Positions 42,270-55,936 are shown, numbered from the stretch's first letter. The stretch is 64,000 nt of DNA from Chrysomallon squamiferum (GCA_012295275.1 CM022665.1:23312001-23376000); one strand, 5' to 3'. Notes: generated by a model from the letters alone, not told the origin. Program-made: numbers and translations.

Positions 42270-45200
42270 GATGTCATACAAAACAATGACTGGCATGGAA
42301 GAAAGCTTATTAGACAAAGACACCAACTTGTGGAGAGATATACAGATTGGAAACTGGAAGAAGTGCAGTATTGCAACCAACTTATCTGTGTTTCAACTAA
42401 TGCATGTACATTATGTCGACATCCACAGCCTTTATGGTTTGTTAAGTGAAAGTAAATCAAGAATGCAAAATGAATTGTTATTTCAGTTTAAATCTAAAAA
42501 CATGAAACGAACAAATGGCTGAATTCTGAAATACATATATATTTCAACAAACTCATTTTTTTTTTTTATTAAGACAGAAAAAAATAAATAAAATAAAATA
42601 AATAAAAAATCAACATATTTATTAATTTTGGTATGTTAACCGAAACGAATTAAATTTGATAAGAAATTCTGATTCTGAGGGCAACAGAAAGTGAGTATTT
42701 GTTTTCCAGTTGACTTAAGAAATTCATATATGTATATAAAAATTAAAAAATGAGTTTCATCCATTACAAACAGAAATTCTTGGTCCACACAACACTGATT
42801 GGCAAGGAAGAAAGCTTATTAGGCTAAGACACCAACTTGTGGAGATATATAGATTGTAAACAGGAACAAGTGTAGTATTCCACCAATGGTAACTAATCTC
42901 TCTACTTTGACGCAGACAAGGTGCACTGATTCCTACCTAAAGAAGAAATATATTTGACCTGTATTTTCTCTTACAAAAGTAAGGTGGAACTCACTTTTAT
43001 TATTTAATTGTTTCTGCATGTACTGGTTAAAGAAAATTAATAAAAATCAACATATTTATTAACCATGATGTGTTTAACCAAAACAAATTAACACTGATAT
43101 GAAATTCTGATTCTGAAGACAATAGAAAGTAACTATTTGTTTTCCAGCTGACTGAAGAAATTCATATATATATATATTTATTTTAATTTTATTTTTTTCA
43201 AAGTGAACTTCGTGCATTACAAAGAGAAATTCTTGGTCCACACAACACTGATTTGCAAGGAAGAAAGCTTATTAGACTAAGACACCAACTTATGGAGAGA
43301 TATACAGATTGCAAACAGGAACAAGTGTAGTATTCCACCAATGGTAACTAATCTCTCTACTTTGACGCAGACAAGGTGCACTGATTCCTACCTAAAGAAG
43401 AAATATATTTGACCTGTATTTTCTTACAAAAGTAAGGTGGAACTCACTTTTATTATTTAATTGTTTCTGCATGTACTGGTTAAAAAAAATCAATAAAATC
43501 AACATATTTATTAACCATAATGTGTTTACCAAAACAAATTAACATATGAAATTCTGATTTTGAAGACAATAGAAAGTGAGTATTTGTTTTCCAGTTGACT
43601 AAAGAAATTCATATATATTTAAAAAAAAAAAATAATAATAATAAAAAAATAAAAAATAAAAAATAAAATGAACTTCATGCATTACAAATAGAAATTCTTG
43701 GTCCACACAACACTGATTTGCAAGGAAGAAAGCTTATTAGACTGACACCAACTTGTGCAGATATATATATATATTTAAAAAAAAAAAGAAGAAAAAGGTG
43801 ACGTTTGTGCATTACAAACAGAAATTCTTGGTCCAGACATCACTGATTTGGAAGGAAGAAATCTTATTAGACTAAGACACCAACTTGTGGAGAGATATAC
43901 AGATTGGAAACTGGAAGAAGTGCAGCGTTGCAACCAACTTATCTGTGTTTCAACTAATGCATGTATATTATGTTGACATCCACAGCCTTTATCGTTTGTT
44001 AAGTGAAAGTAAAACAAGAATGCAAAATGAATTGTTATTTCAGTTTAAATCTAAAAACATGAAACGAACAAATGGCTGAATTCTGAATACATATATATTT
44101 CAACAGACTAATCTTTTTTTATTAAGGGAAAGAAAGAAAGAAAAAAAAAAACCAAAAATCAACATATTTATTAAATTTGATATGTTAACCAAAACAAACT
44201 AAATTTGATAAGAAATTCTGATTCTGAGGGCTACAGAAAGTGACTATTTGTCTTCCAGTTGACTTAAGAAATTCATATATGTATATTAAACATTTTAAAA
44301 TGAGCTTCATCCATTACAAACAGAAATTCTTGATCCACACAACACTGGCTGGCAAGGAAGACAGCTTATTAGACTAAGACACCAACTTGTGTTGATATAT
44401 AGATTGTAAACAGGAGTAAGTGTAGTATTCCACCCATGGTAACTAATCTCTCTACTTTGACGCAGACAAGGTGCACTGATTCCTACTTAAAGAAGAAATA
44501 TATTTGACCTGTATTTTCTCTTACAAAAGTAAGGTGGAACTCACTTTTATTATTTAATTGTTTCTGCATGTACTGGTTAAAGAAAATTAATAAAAATCAA
44601 CATATTTATTAACCATGATGTGTTTAACCAAAACAAATTAACACTGATATGAAATTCTGATTCTGAAGACAATAGAAAGTAACTATTTGTTTTCCAGCTG
44701 ACTTAAGAAATTCATATATATATATATATATATTTATTTTAATTTTATTTTTTTCAAAGTGAACTTCGTGCATTACAAACAGAAATTCTTGGTCCACACA
44801 ACACTGATTTGCAAGGAAGAAAGCTTATTAGGCTAAGACACCAACTTATGGAGAGATATACAGATTGCAAACAGGAACAAGTGTAGTATTCCACCAATGG
44901 TAATTAATCTCTCTACTTTGACGCAGACAAGGTGCACTGATTCCTACCTAAAGAAAAAATATATTTGACCTGTATTTTCTCTTACAAAAGTAAGGTGGAA
45001 CTCACTTTTATTATTTAATTGTTTCTGCATGTACTGGTTAAAGAAAATTAATAAAAATCAACATATTTATTAACCATGATGTGTTTAACCAAAACAAATT
45101 AACACTGATATGAAATTCTGATTCTGAAGACAATAGAAAGTGAGTATTTGTTTTCCAGTTGACTAAAGAAATTCATATATATATTAAAAAAAAAAAATAC

Positions 45201-47131
45201 TAATAATAAAAAAATAAAAAATAAAAAATAAAAAATAAAATGAACTTCATGCATTACAAATAGAAATTCTTGGTCCACACAACACTGATTTGCAAGGAAG
45301 AAAGCTTATTAGACTGACACCAACTTGTGCAGATATATATATATATATATTTATTTATTTTAAAAAAAAAAAAAAAAAAAAAGTGACGTTTGTGCATTAC
45401 AAACAGAAATTCTTGGTCCAGACATCACTGATTTGGAAGGAAGAAAGCTTATTAGACTAAGACACCAACTTGTGGAGAGATTTACAGATTGGAAACCGGA
45501 AGAAGTGCAGCGTTGCAACCAACTTATCTGTGTTTCAACTAATGCATGTATATTATGTTGACATCCACAGCCTTTATCGTTTGTTAAGTGAAAGTAAATC
45601 AAGAATGCAAAATGAATTGTTATTTCAGTTTAAATCTAAAAACATGAAACGAACAAATGGCTGAATTCTGAATACATATATATTTCAACAGACTAATCTT
45701 TTTTTATTAAGGGAAAGAAAGAAATAAAAAAAAATAAAAAATCAACATATTTATTAAATTTGATATGTTAACCAAAACAAACTAAATTTGATAAGAAATT
45801 CTGATTCTGAGGGCTACAGAAAGTGACTTATTTGTCTTCCAGTTGACTTAAGAAATTCATATATGTATATTAAACATTTTAAAATGAGCTTCATCCATTA
45901 CAAACAGAAATTTTTGATCTACACAACACTGGCTGGCAAGGAAGACAGCTTATTAGACTAAGACACCAACTTGTGTTGATATATAGATTGTAAACAGGAG
46001 TAAGTGTAGTATTCCACCCATGGTGAATAATCTTTCTACTTTGATGCAGACAAGGCGCGCTGATTCCTACCTGAAGAAGAAATATATTTGACCTGTATTT
46101 TCTCTTACAAAAGCAAGGTGGAACTCACTTTTATTATTTGTTTCTGCATATACTGATTAAAGAAAATCAATAAAATCAATAAAATCAACATATTTAGTAA
46201 CCATGTGTTTACCAAAACAAATTAACATCGATATGAAATTCTGATTCTGAAGACAATAGAAAGTGAGTATTTGTTTTCCAGTTGACTAAAGAAATACATA
46301 TATATATATGCAGGGTGGCCGAGATGTAACCGAACCCGAAAGCTCAATCGATGATCACTGATTTCAAGTCTGCTTCACGAAATACCGAAGCGATCGATAT
46401 CAGGGAGAATTGGTAAACAGACTTCACGTGCATGGCTGTGTTAACCGGTTTCGTCATCACCACTGAAAGTGTTGCAAAGCCTATTTAAGTGAGGACGGAA
46501 ACCTTCTTCTTTGATAGTCTTCGTTTTCTCAATTTTGTCGCCCTCTTTCATTTAACAGACATGGCCAACACATGACGCACTTTAAAATTGGAAGAACGTA
46601 TTCATGCTGTTAAAAGTTATTATTTGTTGGAGAGGAGTTATAAAAATGTTATTGATCATTGGAATGAATTGTTTGATACACCACCTCCATCAAAATCGTC
46701 AATCTACGAATTGGTACAAAAATTCAAACGAACTGGCAACGTCGCCGACGCGTATAAACCTGGTGCACCAAGAACAATGAGGACAATTGCCAACCAGTGA
46801 TTAGTAGCATCATCATACGTCAAGAGCCCTTGCAAATCCCAGAGACGTGCTTCTGCAGAGCTGGGCATATCACGATCGTCTTTACAACACATCATGTCGG
46901 ATATTGGCTTGCACCCATATCGTCCACGGGAACTCCAGGCTCTTAACGGAAATGTGCGAAAAAGTATCTGAATCAACCACTGAACGATGTCATCACTGTA
47001 TTACAAATAATGGTTTGCATTTTGAACATTTGCTGTAACTATATGAAATAAAATTTGTTTCATTTAACTAACTTTTCATAACAATTCAGGTTCGGTTACA
47101 TCTGGGCCACCCTGTATATGTATATATAGAT

Positions 47132-47163
<32 letters not shown>

Positions 47164-49850
47164 TGAACTTCATGCATTACAAATAGAAATTCTTGGTCCA
47201 CACAACACTGATTTGCAAGGAAGAAAGCTTATTAGACTGACACCAACTTGTGCAGATATATATATATATATATATTTTTTAAAAAGAAGAAGAAAAAAGT
47301 GACATTCGTGCATTACAAACAGAAATTCTTGGTCCAGACATCACTGATTTGGAAGGAAGAAAGCTTATTAGACTAAGACACCAACTTGTGGAGAGATATA
47401 CAGATTGGAAACCGGAAGAAGTGCAGCGTTGCAACCAACTTATCTGTGTTTCAACTAATGCATGTATATTATGTTGACATCCACAGCCTTTATCGTTTGT
47501 TAAGTGAAAGTAAATCAAGAATGCAAAATGAATTGTTATTTCAGTTTAAATCTAAAAACATGAAACGAACAAATGGCTGAATTCTGAATACATATATATT
47601 TCAACAGACTAATTTTTTTTTAAGAGAAAGAAAGAAAGAAAGAAAAAAAAAATCAACATATTTATTAAATTTGATATGTTAACCAAAACAAATTAAATTT
47701 CATAAGAAATTCTGATTCTGAGGGCTACAGAAATTGACTATTTGTCTTCCAGTTGACTTAAGAAATTCATGTATGTATATTAAAAATTTTAAAATGAGCT
47801 TCATCGATTACAAACAGAAATTTTTGATCCACACAACACTGACTGACAAGGAAGACAGCTTATTAGACTAAGACACCAACTTGTGTTGATATATAGATTG
47901 TAAACAGGAACAAGTGTAGTACTTGATGCAGACAAGGTGCGCTGATTCCTACAAGACGAAGAAATATATTTGACCTGTATTTTCTCTTACAAAAGTAAGG
48001 TGGAACTCACTTTTATTATTTGTTTCTGCATTTACTAGTTAAAGAAAATCAATAAAATCAACATATTTATTAACCATGATGTGCTTACCAAAACAAATTA
48101 ACTCTGATATGAAATTCCGATTCTGAAGACAATAGAAAGTTACTATTTGTTTTCCACTTGACTTAAGAAATGCATGCTGATTCCTAACTGAAGAAGAAAT
48201 ATATTTGACCCGTATTTTCTCTTACAAAACAAAGGTGGAACTCACTTTTATTATTTAATTGTTTCTGCAAATATTGGTTAAAGAAAATCAAGACTTTTCT
48301 TTTAAATATATAGATATATTTAAAAAAATATAAAAAAATAAAAATGACCTTCATATATTAGAAACAGATATTCTTGATCCACACAACACTGGTTGTCGAG
48401 GATAAAAGCTTATTAGACTAAGACACCAACTTGTGGAGAGATATACAAATTGTAAATAGGAACAAGTGTAGTATTCCACCCATACTATGATGCAGACAAG
48501 GTACACTGATTCCTACCTGAAGAAGAAATATATTTGATCTTTTTTCTCTTACAAAATAAAGTTGGAATTCATTTTTATGATTTAACTGTTTCTGTAAATA
48601 CTGGTTAAAGATATAAAATAACAAATGTGTCTTTCAACTCATGTATGTACCTTATGTCCACTATCCACAGCCTTGTTTTTTTAAGTTAAAGTAAATTAAG
48701 AGTGCAAAATGAATTATTTGTAATTTCTGCTTAAATCTAGAAACATGGATAGAGACATGAAACAAAGAAATTGCTGAATTCTGATATACATATATATTTC
48801 AAAAAACTGATTTTCATTTTTTTTTTTTTTTTTACAAAGAATAAAAAATCAATATAATCAACATATTTGTTAACCATGTGTTTACCAAAACAAATTAAAT
48901 TTGATATGAAATTATGATTCTGAAAAAACCCAGAAAGTGACTATTTCTTTTCAAGTTCACTTAAGAAATTTATTTGTAAATAAGAAAAAAAAAAAAAAAA
49001 AATGAGCTTCATGCATTACAAACAGAAATTCCAGATCCACACTGACTGGCAAGGAAGAAAGCTTATTAGACTAAGCCATCAACAGGAACAAGTGCAATAC
49101 TGCAACCGACTAATCAGTGTTTCAACTCATGAAAGTACATTATGTCGACTATCCACAGTCTGTATTGTTTGTTAAGTGAAAATAAATCAAGAATGCAAAA
49201 TGAATTATTTATAATCTTTGTGGAAATGTAAAAAGATGGATAGGAACATGAAATGAACAAATTGCTGAATTCTGATATACATATATATTTCAAGAGACTT
49301 TTTTCTTACTTGAAAAAAAAATAAATGAAAGAAAAAATCAATGAAATCAACATATTTATTAATTTTGATGCGTTTACCAAAACAAATTAAATTTGATATG
49401 AAATTCTGATTATTAAAACAACAGATTGTGACTATTTCTTTTCTAGTTGACTTAAAAAATGTATATGTATATAAGAAAATGAAAAAATATTTAAAAAATG
49501 AGGTTCATGCATTACAAACAGAAATTCCTGATCCACACAACACTGACTGGCAAGGAAGAAAGCTTATTAGACTAAGTCAGCAACTTGTGGAAAGATAAAC
49601 AGATTGTAAGTAGGTACAACTGCAGTATTGCAATCATGGTTGCAGCTGTGATCATAAATAACTAATCTGTTTTCCAACTCATTGAATATGAAACTAACAA
49701 AATCTGAATTTTGAGATATATAGTATATATACATAGACATTTTAACAGAATTATTTATTTAAAAAAAAGAAGAAGAAAAAAAGAGTACCCTACATTTGTT
49801 AACTTTGTTGTGTTTAGCAAAAACAAATTAAATTTCATATGATGCTATGA
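42270..49850 (+). repeat. Higher-order tandem array (~17 units of ~130-650 bp; B-A-A-C period ~1585 bp) homologous to 39590-39980
   Basis: Unit head CATTACAAACAGAAATTCTTGGTCCACACAACACTGA..GCAAGGAAGAAAGCTTATTAGACTAAGACACCAACTT recurs at ~42762, 43216, 43680, 43810, 44312, 44771, 45252, 45395, 45895, 47175, 47311, 47806, 48356, 49014, 49510. The equivalent ORFs at 43885 and 45470 are 1585 bp apart. Confidence 0.93.
46311..47114 (+). mobile_element. Internally deleted Tc1/mariner-superfamily element (DUF4817-type HTH), inserted in a (TA)n tract of the array
   Basis: TIRs CAGGGTGGCCGAGATGTAACCGAACCCGAA / TTCAGGTTCGGTTACATCTGGGCCACCCTG, followed by TA. HTH EERIHAVKSYY..PSKSSIYELVQKFKRTGNVAD is joined directly to the C-terminal RCHHCITNNGLHFEHLL; the catalytic core is missing. 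Confidence 0.9.
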
Positions 49851-50609
49851 CTGAATAAGTGATATTCAGGAGACAATTTGTGTTTTCTTGTTAAGGAAAA
49901 GGAAGTCTGGAAATAAATTAAAGTTGTGTTAGGATATATATATATATATATATAAAATCAATGATGATTAGAAAAGCATGTGGATTTTTAACATTATGAA
50001 ATGTTTAACATTATTGTAACATGTTGGTAGACAGAAAATGTGAAATTAATGGTTTTCCATGTAAAAAGAAAAGACAGGCACATTTCACTATCAAACTTGA
50101 GAAAGTGGGTTTGCGTTTTCTTATCAAGAACTTCAGTTTGTAGTAAATTAACCTGAAATTTGAAGTTTTATTTTACACAAACACTTTAGTTACTGAAATT
50201 AGTGATGTCATGACTATACAATTTTCAGTACTGCATTCTGTTTATTATACATAATATTAGCTACTCTATTTGAGAAAACATAACAATACAACAGAGCCAA
50301 CTTGGTAGACATTATTATCTGCTAAAAATCACATGACCAACATCTACAGGTTATTTACCATTACAGTTAATTGAACTGTCTGGCCTCTGTAAGTTAATGT
50401 TATACTTTCAATTACAAAAAATATACATTCTAGAGAACTGATTTAACAACAAACTTAATACTGACTGAATTGCACAATTCTTTGGGACGACCACAACCAG
50501 AATAATATAAAATTAACAAGGTGCATAACATAAAAAAAATAAGCAATACATTTTTTTTTTTTTTTTTTTTTGTAGTATGTATAAAATCACAGTAGTTACA
50601 TTAAGTTTT

Positions 50610-53600
50610 TCAAACAATTTTGGCCATGTTGGCAGGGCTCAGTATTTCTACCCAGTAACCATCAGGATCTTGAATAAAAGCCAGACCTTTCATTTTCCCT
50701 GTAATCAGAAAAAACTGCAATAAACATTTATATTACATTATACTTAATGTCAGCTACAATTAATAAATAACATAAAAATTTATATAAATTATATAAATAC
50801 AAGTTTTAAAACTGTATTTATATTTAAAATTAAAAAAAAAAATTAAAAAGTTAAATGTAATAAATAAATGAACACATAATTGTAAGCAATCTGTATTTTG
50901 AAAAAAATATACATAAACCATCCACACTGTAGTTAACTCAAAATAAAACACTGACAATGCCATGTTAACATCTGAATGGTGTTATTTTAATTTACCAAAG
51001 GGAAATTCATATTATTTTTCTTTATAAACAACACTACCAGTCTTTTGATGAAACTACCAGATATAATTATTTGTGCAGGATACTTTTTGTCCTTTCAACT
51101 GATTCTACAGTCAATATGGATTATACATTAAAATTTCTACACACCAAATCTCTGAATGAGTTAATTGCACACCTAGTAAGTTACAGCTCTAGGTGACAAC
51201 TGCTTAATGAAGTTTTGGAATAAAAGATGCCACTCTATGAAATAGCAGCAATTCAGAATTTAATGTTTTGGCAGAATATAGCATTATTTGTACTAGCAAA
51301 TAAAATACATTAATAATTAATATTATATGAAGAGAAACAAAAACTCAAATCAAAAGATTAGAAAAGATCGTAACTCTTCAATTTGTTTTTTTTTTTTTGT
51401 TTTTGAAAAATTACTTCAATGACATCAAAAGTATCTTGAATGATTGATTATGGACTGATCATGTTTTTTCCCCCATTTTATTTCATTTGTAATTAACTAA
51501 CAGAAATTTAACAGAACTATTTTAATGTAAGCTGATAATATTTTTATAAATTTGTTCTAATAAGTAAAATTACAGCTGAACAAATTTATAGCTATGTCAG
51601 ATATTTCAGAATTGGAATGAAGATCGTTAAAACGTTAGTACTTTCTTTACTTCTCAGTTTAAAAATACCAATTCTAACTGAATAAAATTGATTTACATTA
51701 TTTAAGTTATTGTCAGTTCAACTGAAATGCTGAGTTAAAACTGCACGCTAAAAGCAGTTAAAAATAACTTATTAGCTTCATTCATTTGACTCTTGCCTTT
51801 TTTCTCCCCAAAACTTTTTCAATAATTTTTTTTTTTTTTTTTTTTTTTTAAATATAAAAACATGTAGTATTCATTAAATTTTATCCATTGTTTATTGTGT
51901 TTATTTTCAGCATGTTAATCAATATCCACAATGCTGTTTCCTTCCTAAAATAACACCCAGTTTTTCATTAGTCTTAACTCAAAGGTGTGCTTTGATTTTT
52001 GAAACCAGGTTATTATTCTGTTAATGAATGATTATTAAATTTTTACAGACATACCTCCATCTGGTGTCTTTATAAATGGGACACCCAGCTTCTCAAATCT
52101 TTCACAAGCTGAATATACATCAGGTACAGATATGCCAATGTGACCTTTGAAGAAAAAAATTAGAGAAACAAGATTAGTGACAGTAATGATAATAATAATA
52201 AAGTCAACTCCACAGAATTTGTTATGTTTAGATATATGTTAGGTTTGTATAAAATTCAACAGTGCCTCTTCTTTTTTCTTTTTTTCTTAAAAATTTATAT
52301 TGGATAACTAATATTCTATAATTTCTTAAATTAATTTCTCGTTTGCTTAGAAACACAAAAGAATTAAATCACAATAAATTTTATTTTGCATATTTTTAAA
52401 ATATCAGATTTTTCTCCTCTAGTTCTGTGAGCCAATTTTCAAACTTATTAAAAGTCAGTAATTTTAACTTTTATTATAATTAACTTTCAAAATTGTCTTT
52501 ATGCACCAGTTCCGAATTAAAAAATGTAAACACTAACTATAAAATGTGTACAAACATATGTGGTGGCATTGTTTAAAGAAGAATTTAATGCAGAACTGAT
52601 TATGCCATAAGTAATGTTTGTTTTTTTGTTTTTTAAATAATATTAGAAGAGGAACCTCCTGTTGTTGTTCTTTGGGTTACATTTAGCAGTTAATTCCAAT
52701 ATAAATCAACTGTGGGGCTCTGGCAGGAGTGGGAAACAGTCCAATAGATGCATTGACAATGATCCCTAAGCTATCTTTAGTAGAAATGATACTAGTAACA
52801 GTAACAAAAATAACAATAACTAAAGGCCGATTTCAGCAGAAGAAACCAGCCAAAACAAATCTTTAATTCATTCATACCAAAGCCTCTTGGTTCTGAGTTG
52901 CCATTGTGATATTTTGAGTCATCATTTTCAGTTCCCCAGTTACTACAAAAAGCAAGAAAAAAAATCATAGATAGATAACCATCTTTGAAACAAATTTGAA
53001 GGCTGAAAAAATTGTTGTGGGTGGCCATTTAGTAATACCACTTATCAGTAGCCTATTTTATTTAGTATAAATGCAATGGAGATATAGATAGAGAAAATAG
53101 GATGGAACTGTCAGATTTCTTGAATTAGGCAGCAGCAGCATCCAAACTTTTAAAACTTATATCTATGTTCTTTCTTTTTTCTTTTTCTTTTAGAATACAA
53201 ATACAAAAATTCTGATATCTTACTTTTTGAGATATGGCATTTTGGACAGGGTCCATATACTTTTGGCTGTCAAAATTAATATAACTTTTCCAAAACTTTC
53301 CATAGCTTACAAATCCAAGTTTTCACAACCATTTCCAAGAAAACTCAATCACAACAAAGTGTTTTTTGCAGTTTTTAGACATGTTTGTCACTTTAAAACT
53401 TTAACCTTGACTAAGCTGCACGCTATTCATGTAGGATTACTAGTAACAAACAAAAATATTAATGCAAGTTATTTTGGCATTTCAGATTGCCAGAAATATG
53501 AATAGAGAAGTATTGCTTCACAAGAAATTATTGTGATCCTTGCTTCTTATTTAATTAATAACCCATACTTAAGGTAACAAAACCTGATTTTCCAAAACTT

Positions 53601-55905
53601 TTAAGGTCCTGGAAAAATTGACGAATTTCCTAAACTTTCCCAAACGCATACAAACCCTGTTTGAATATTGATGACAATGTAACAGGTCCAGTAATTAACA
53701 AATGATACTGACCATATACTGAGATCTGTTTTACTACTACTACAAGAAGTAACTCACAAAGAAAGGCTGAGTATGCAATACTGAAAAAAATTGCAGCTCA
53801 TGAAAATGAGAAAAACAAATACTTAAATTTAAAATGACAAATGTGCAAAAAACACCATTTCATTACTGATGATCAGTTTTGTCTGGGATTTAAAAGCCTG
53901 AAAGTACTCCTCACAGAGAGCACCCCAAATTTTATTGTCGATCATCAATAATCTTTGTATTCTCCTCCAACCATGAGAAAAAGACAAAAATGACATGGTT
54001 AAATATATAAATCGCCATAACTTAAAAACTACCACATAGATTTGCTTCAAATTTTAATAAACTGTTCTATCATTAACTTCCATTTCGTATATGATCAGTG
54101 CAATAATGACCTGAGTCTATACTTGGCATTTTGATGATAACTCTAAAGCAGAATGCACGCTGCAGTACTAAACTGCCTATGTTGAACTAACATTTTTAAT
54201 TTCACATCCAAAAACATGTGATTATCTAACACACACTGACACAGTAACAGTTTGTCACATATAGGATGCTCTTGTGGTTTGTTAGTTGTATTTTGATTGT
54301 GTACTGTACAGTTACCTTCAGACTTACATTCCACAGACATTAGTGTTTTGTTGCTGGATGTAGTAATACACTCAAGTGTATCTCTTGACTTTCCTTTTAT
54401 AACTTGGATCATTTGAATTAAAGCAAAATAATGTAATTTAGTGAAAGTGAAGCAAGAAGCAGGAACTGTAGGTGGATTTTCAAGTACAGATTGACATGAA
54501 CTCCAGCAGCCTACCCTGTGACCTTCAACAGATGCCAAAAATATTTTTAACTTTTAACAGTATTTTTTATTCCTAAACAGAACAAATTACAAGTGTATAA
54601 AACTATCACTGTTGTATCACAATCTGTTTCAGCAGGTAAAAAACAAATTAATAATTATTTCTTTCTAACTGTAGATTTGCTAAGTTCTATGATGCAGATC
54701 TTTTTCAGAACAGAATATATACAAAATAATTAGATAAAAATTAAATGGATTCTGAAATAAGTTTATAACACACATTAATTAAATGTTTGTAATAACTGGT
54801 ACGTGATGGCAGTTGTTATATTGGAAATGGCTGATGCCCCAGTGAACATTGTGCTTACTTTAAAATACTGTTCACAAAGAAATTCAACAAGCTTTCAAAA
54901 AAACTAATCATGGTTATTTTTCTTTTATTCCTACCTTGCCACATACTGTTAAAAAGTTCTTTTCCAATGATGCTAAAAATAGCCATATAGCTTGTACACT
55001 TCCAGTACCAGGCACTGTAGAAGATGGGCTAGTTTTCACTGTCCTGCTCAAAAACCTCCAATTTTGCACATTGTGTACAGTGACTGGCTGAAACTTAACT
55101 GTCTGCCGCTACCTACTTTCAAAACATGTCAGCGTCATAAATGATCAAATCCTTAACTTTTGATATCATTAAGTAATTCAGGAATCTAATCTCTGATTCT
55201 GCCTGCATTTATCTGTTAATGACTTTTTTACAGTAATATAATAAATGCTTATATACTTCTTTTACAGTCAAAGTAAACAGTTGTTTCTGTTATTATTCTT
55301 TTGTGGGTTTTTAAAAAAATTTGTTACTGAAAATCTGACTATATAATATTATTTTATTTATTATATACTAATGGGTAGCAATAGTATCGTATTTTTATTT
55401 TTTTCTGGTTGGGACAACTGAAATTTAATTACTTGCTCTAACAAAATCAGAACAATACCTGACTATCACAAAAGTTAAAATAAAATGTTTGTGTGCACAC
55501 GGCTACATATATAATAGAATACAAAATGTTGCAGCATACAGAAGGGAATATTTAAATTGTAATTTTTCATTTTTGTACAATGGCATAATTTGGTATCCAA
55601 ATTAGATAATCATTTACTACTAACTGTGTCAACTCCAGTGTGGCTTTCTGTTGGAAACAGTATACAGTTTTTTCATTTTCATCACTTGGGATATTTTCTG
55701 GATTATCATAGCCTATGAAATAAACAGTGAACTTCATAGATGGCATGTCAATTCGCTTCAACAATCTGCAACAAAATGACAACCAGTTAAACTGTATGAA
55801 TGTCAATACAGAGCTACATGAAATTTGATTACAGGAAAGCTTACTAACAAGTTATACTTTATAAAACTTAGAAAGGTACTTTCTAAATATACAAATATTT
55901 GCATT

Positions 55906-55936
<31 letters not shown>

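Noticed and set aside
42690-42710. Recurrent GTGAGTATTTGTTTTCCAG in array tails as a 19-nt micro-intron
   Set aside because: Too short for a normal metazoan intron, the donor-like motif is not conserved across units, and no coherent spliced ORF emerges.
43775-47518. Repeated minus-strand ORFs MIYFHLTNDKGCGCQH..
   Set aside because: Antisense shadows of the B repeat units; no independent evidence of coding.
42270-49850. CRISPR-like array
   Set aside because: Units are hundreds of bp with no short constant repeat plus unique spacer structure. There are no cas genes and the context is eukaryotic.
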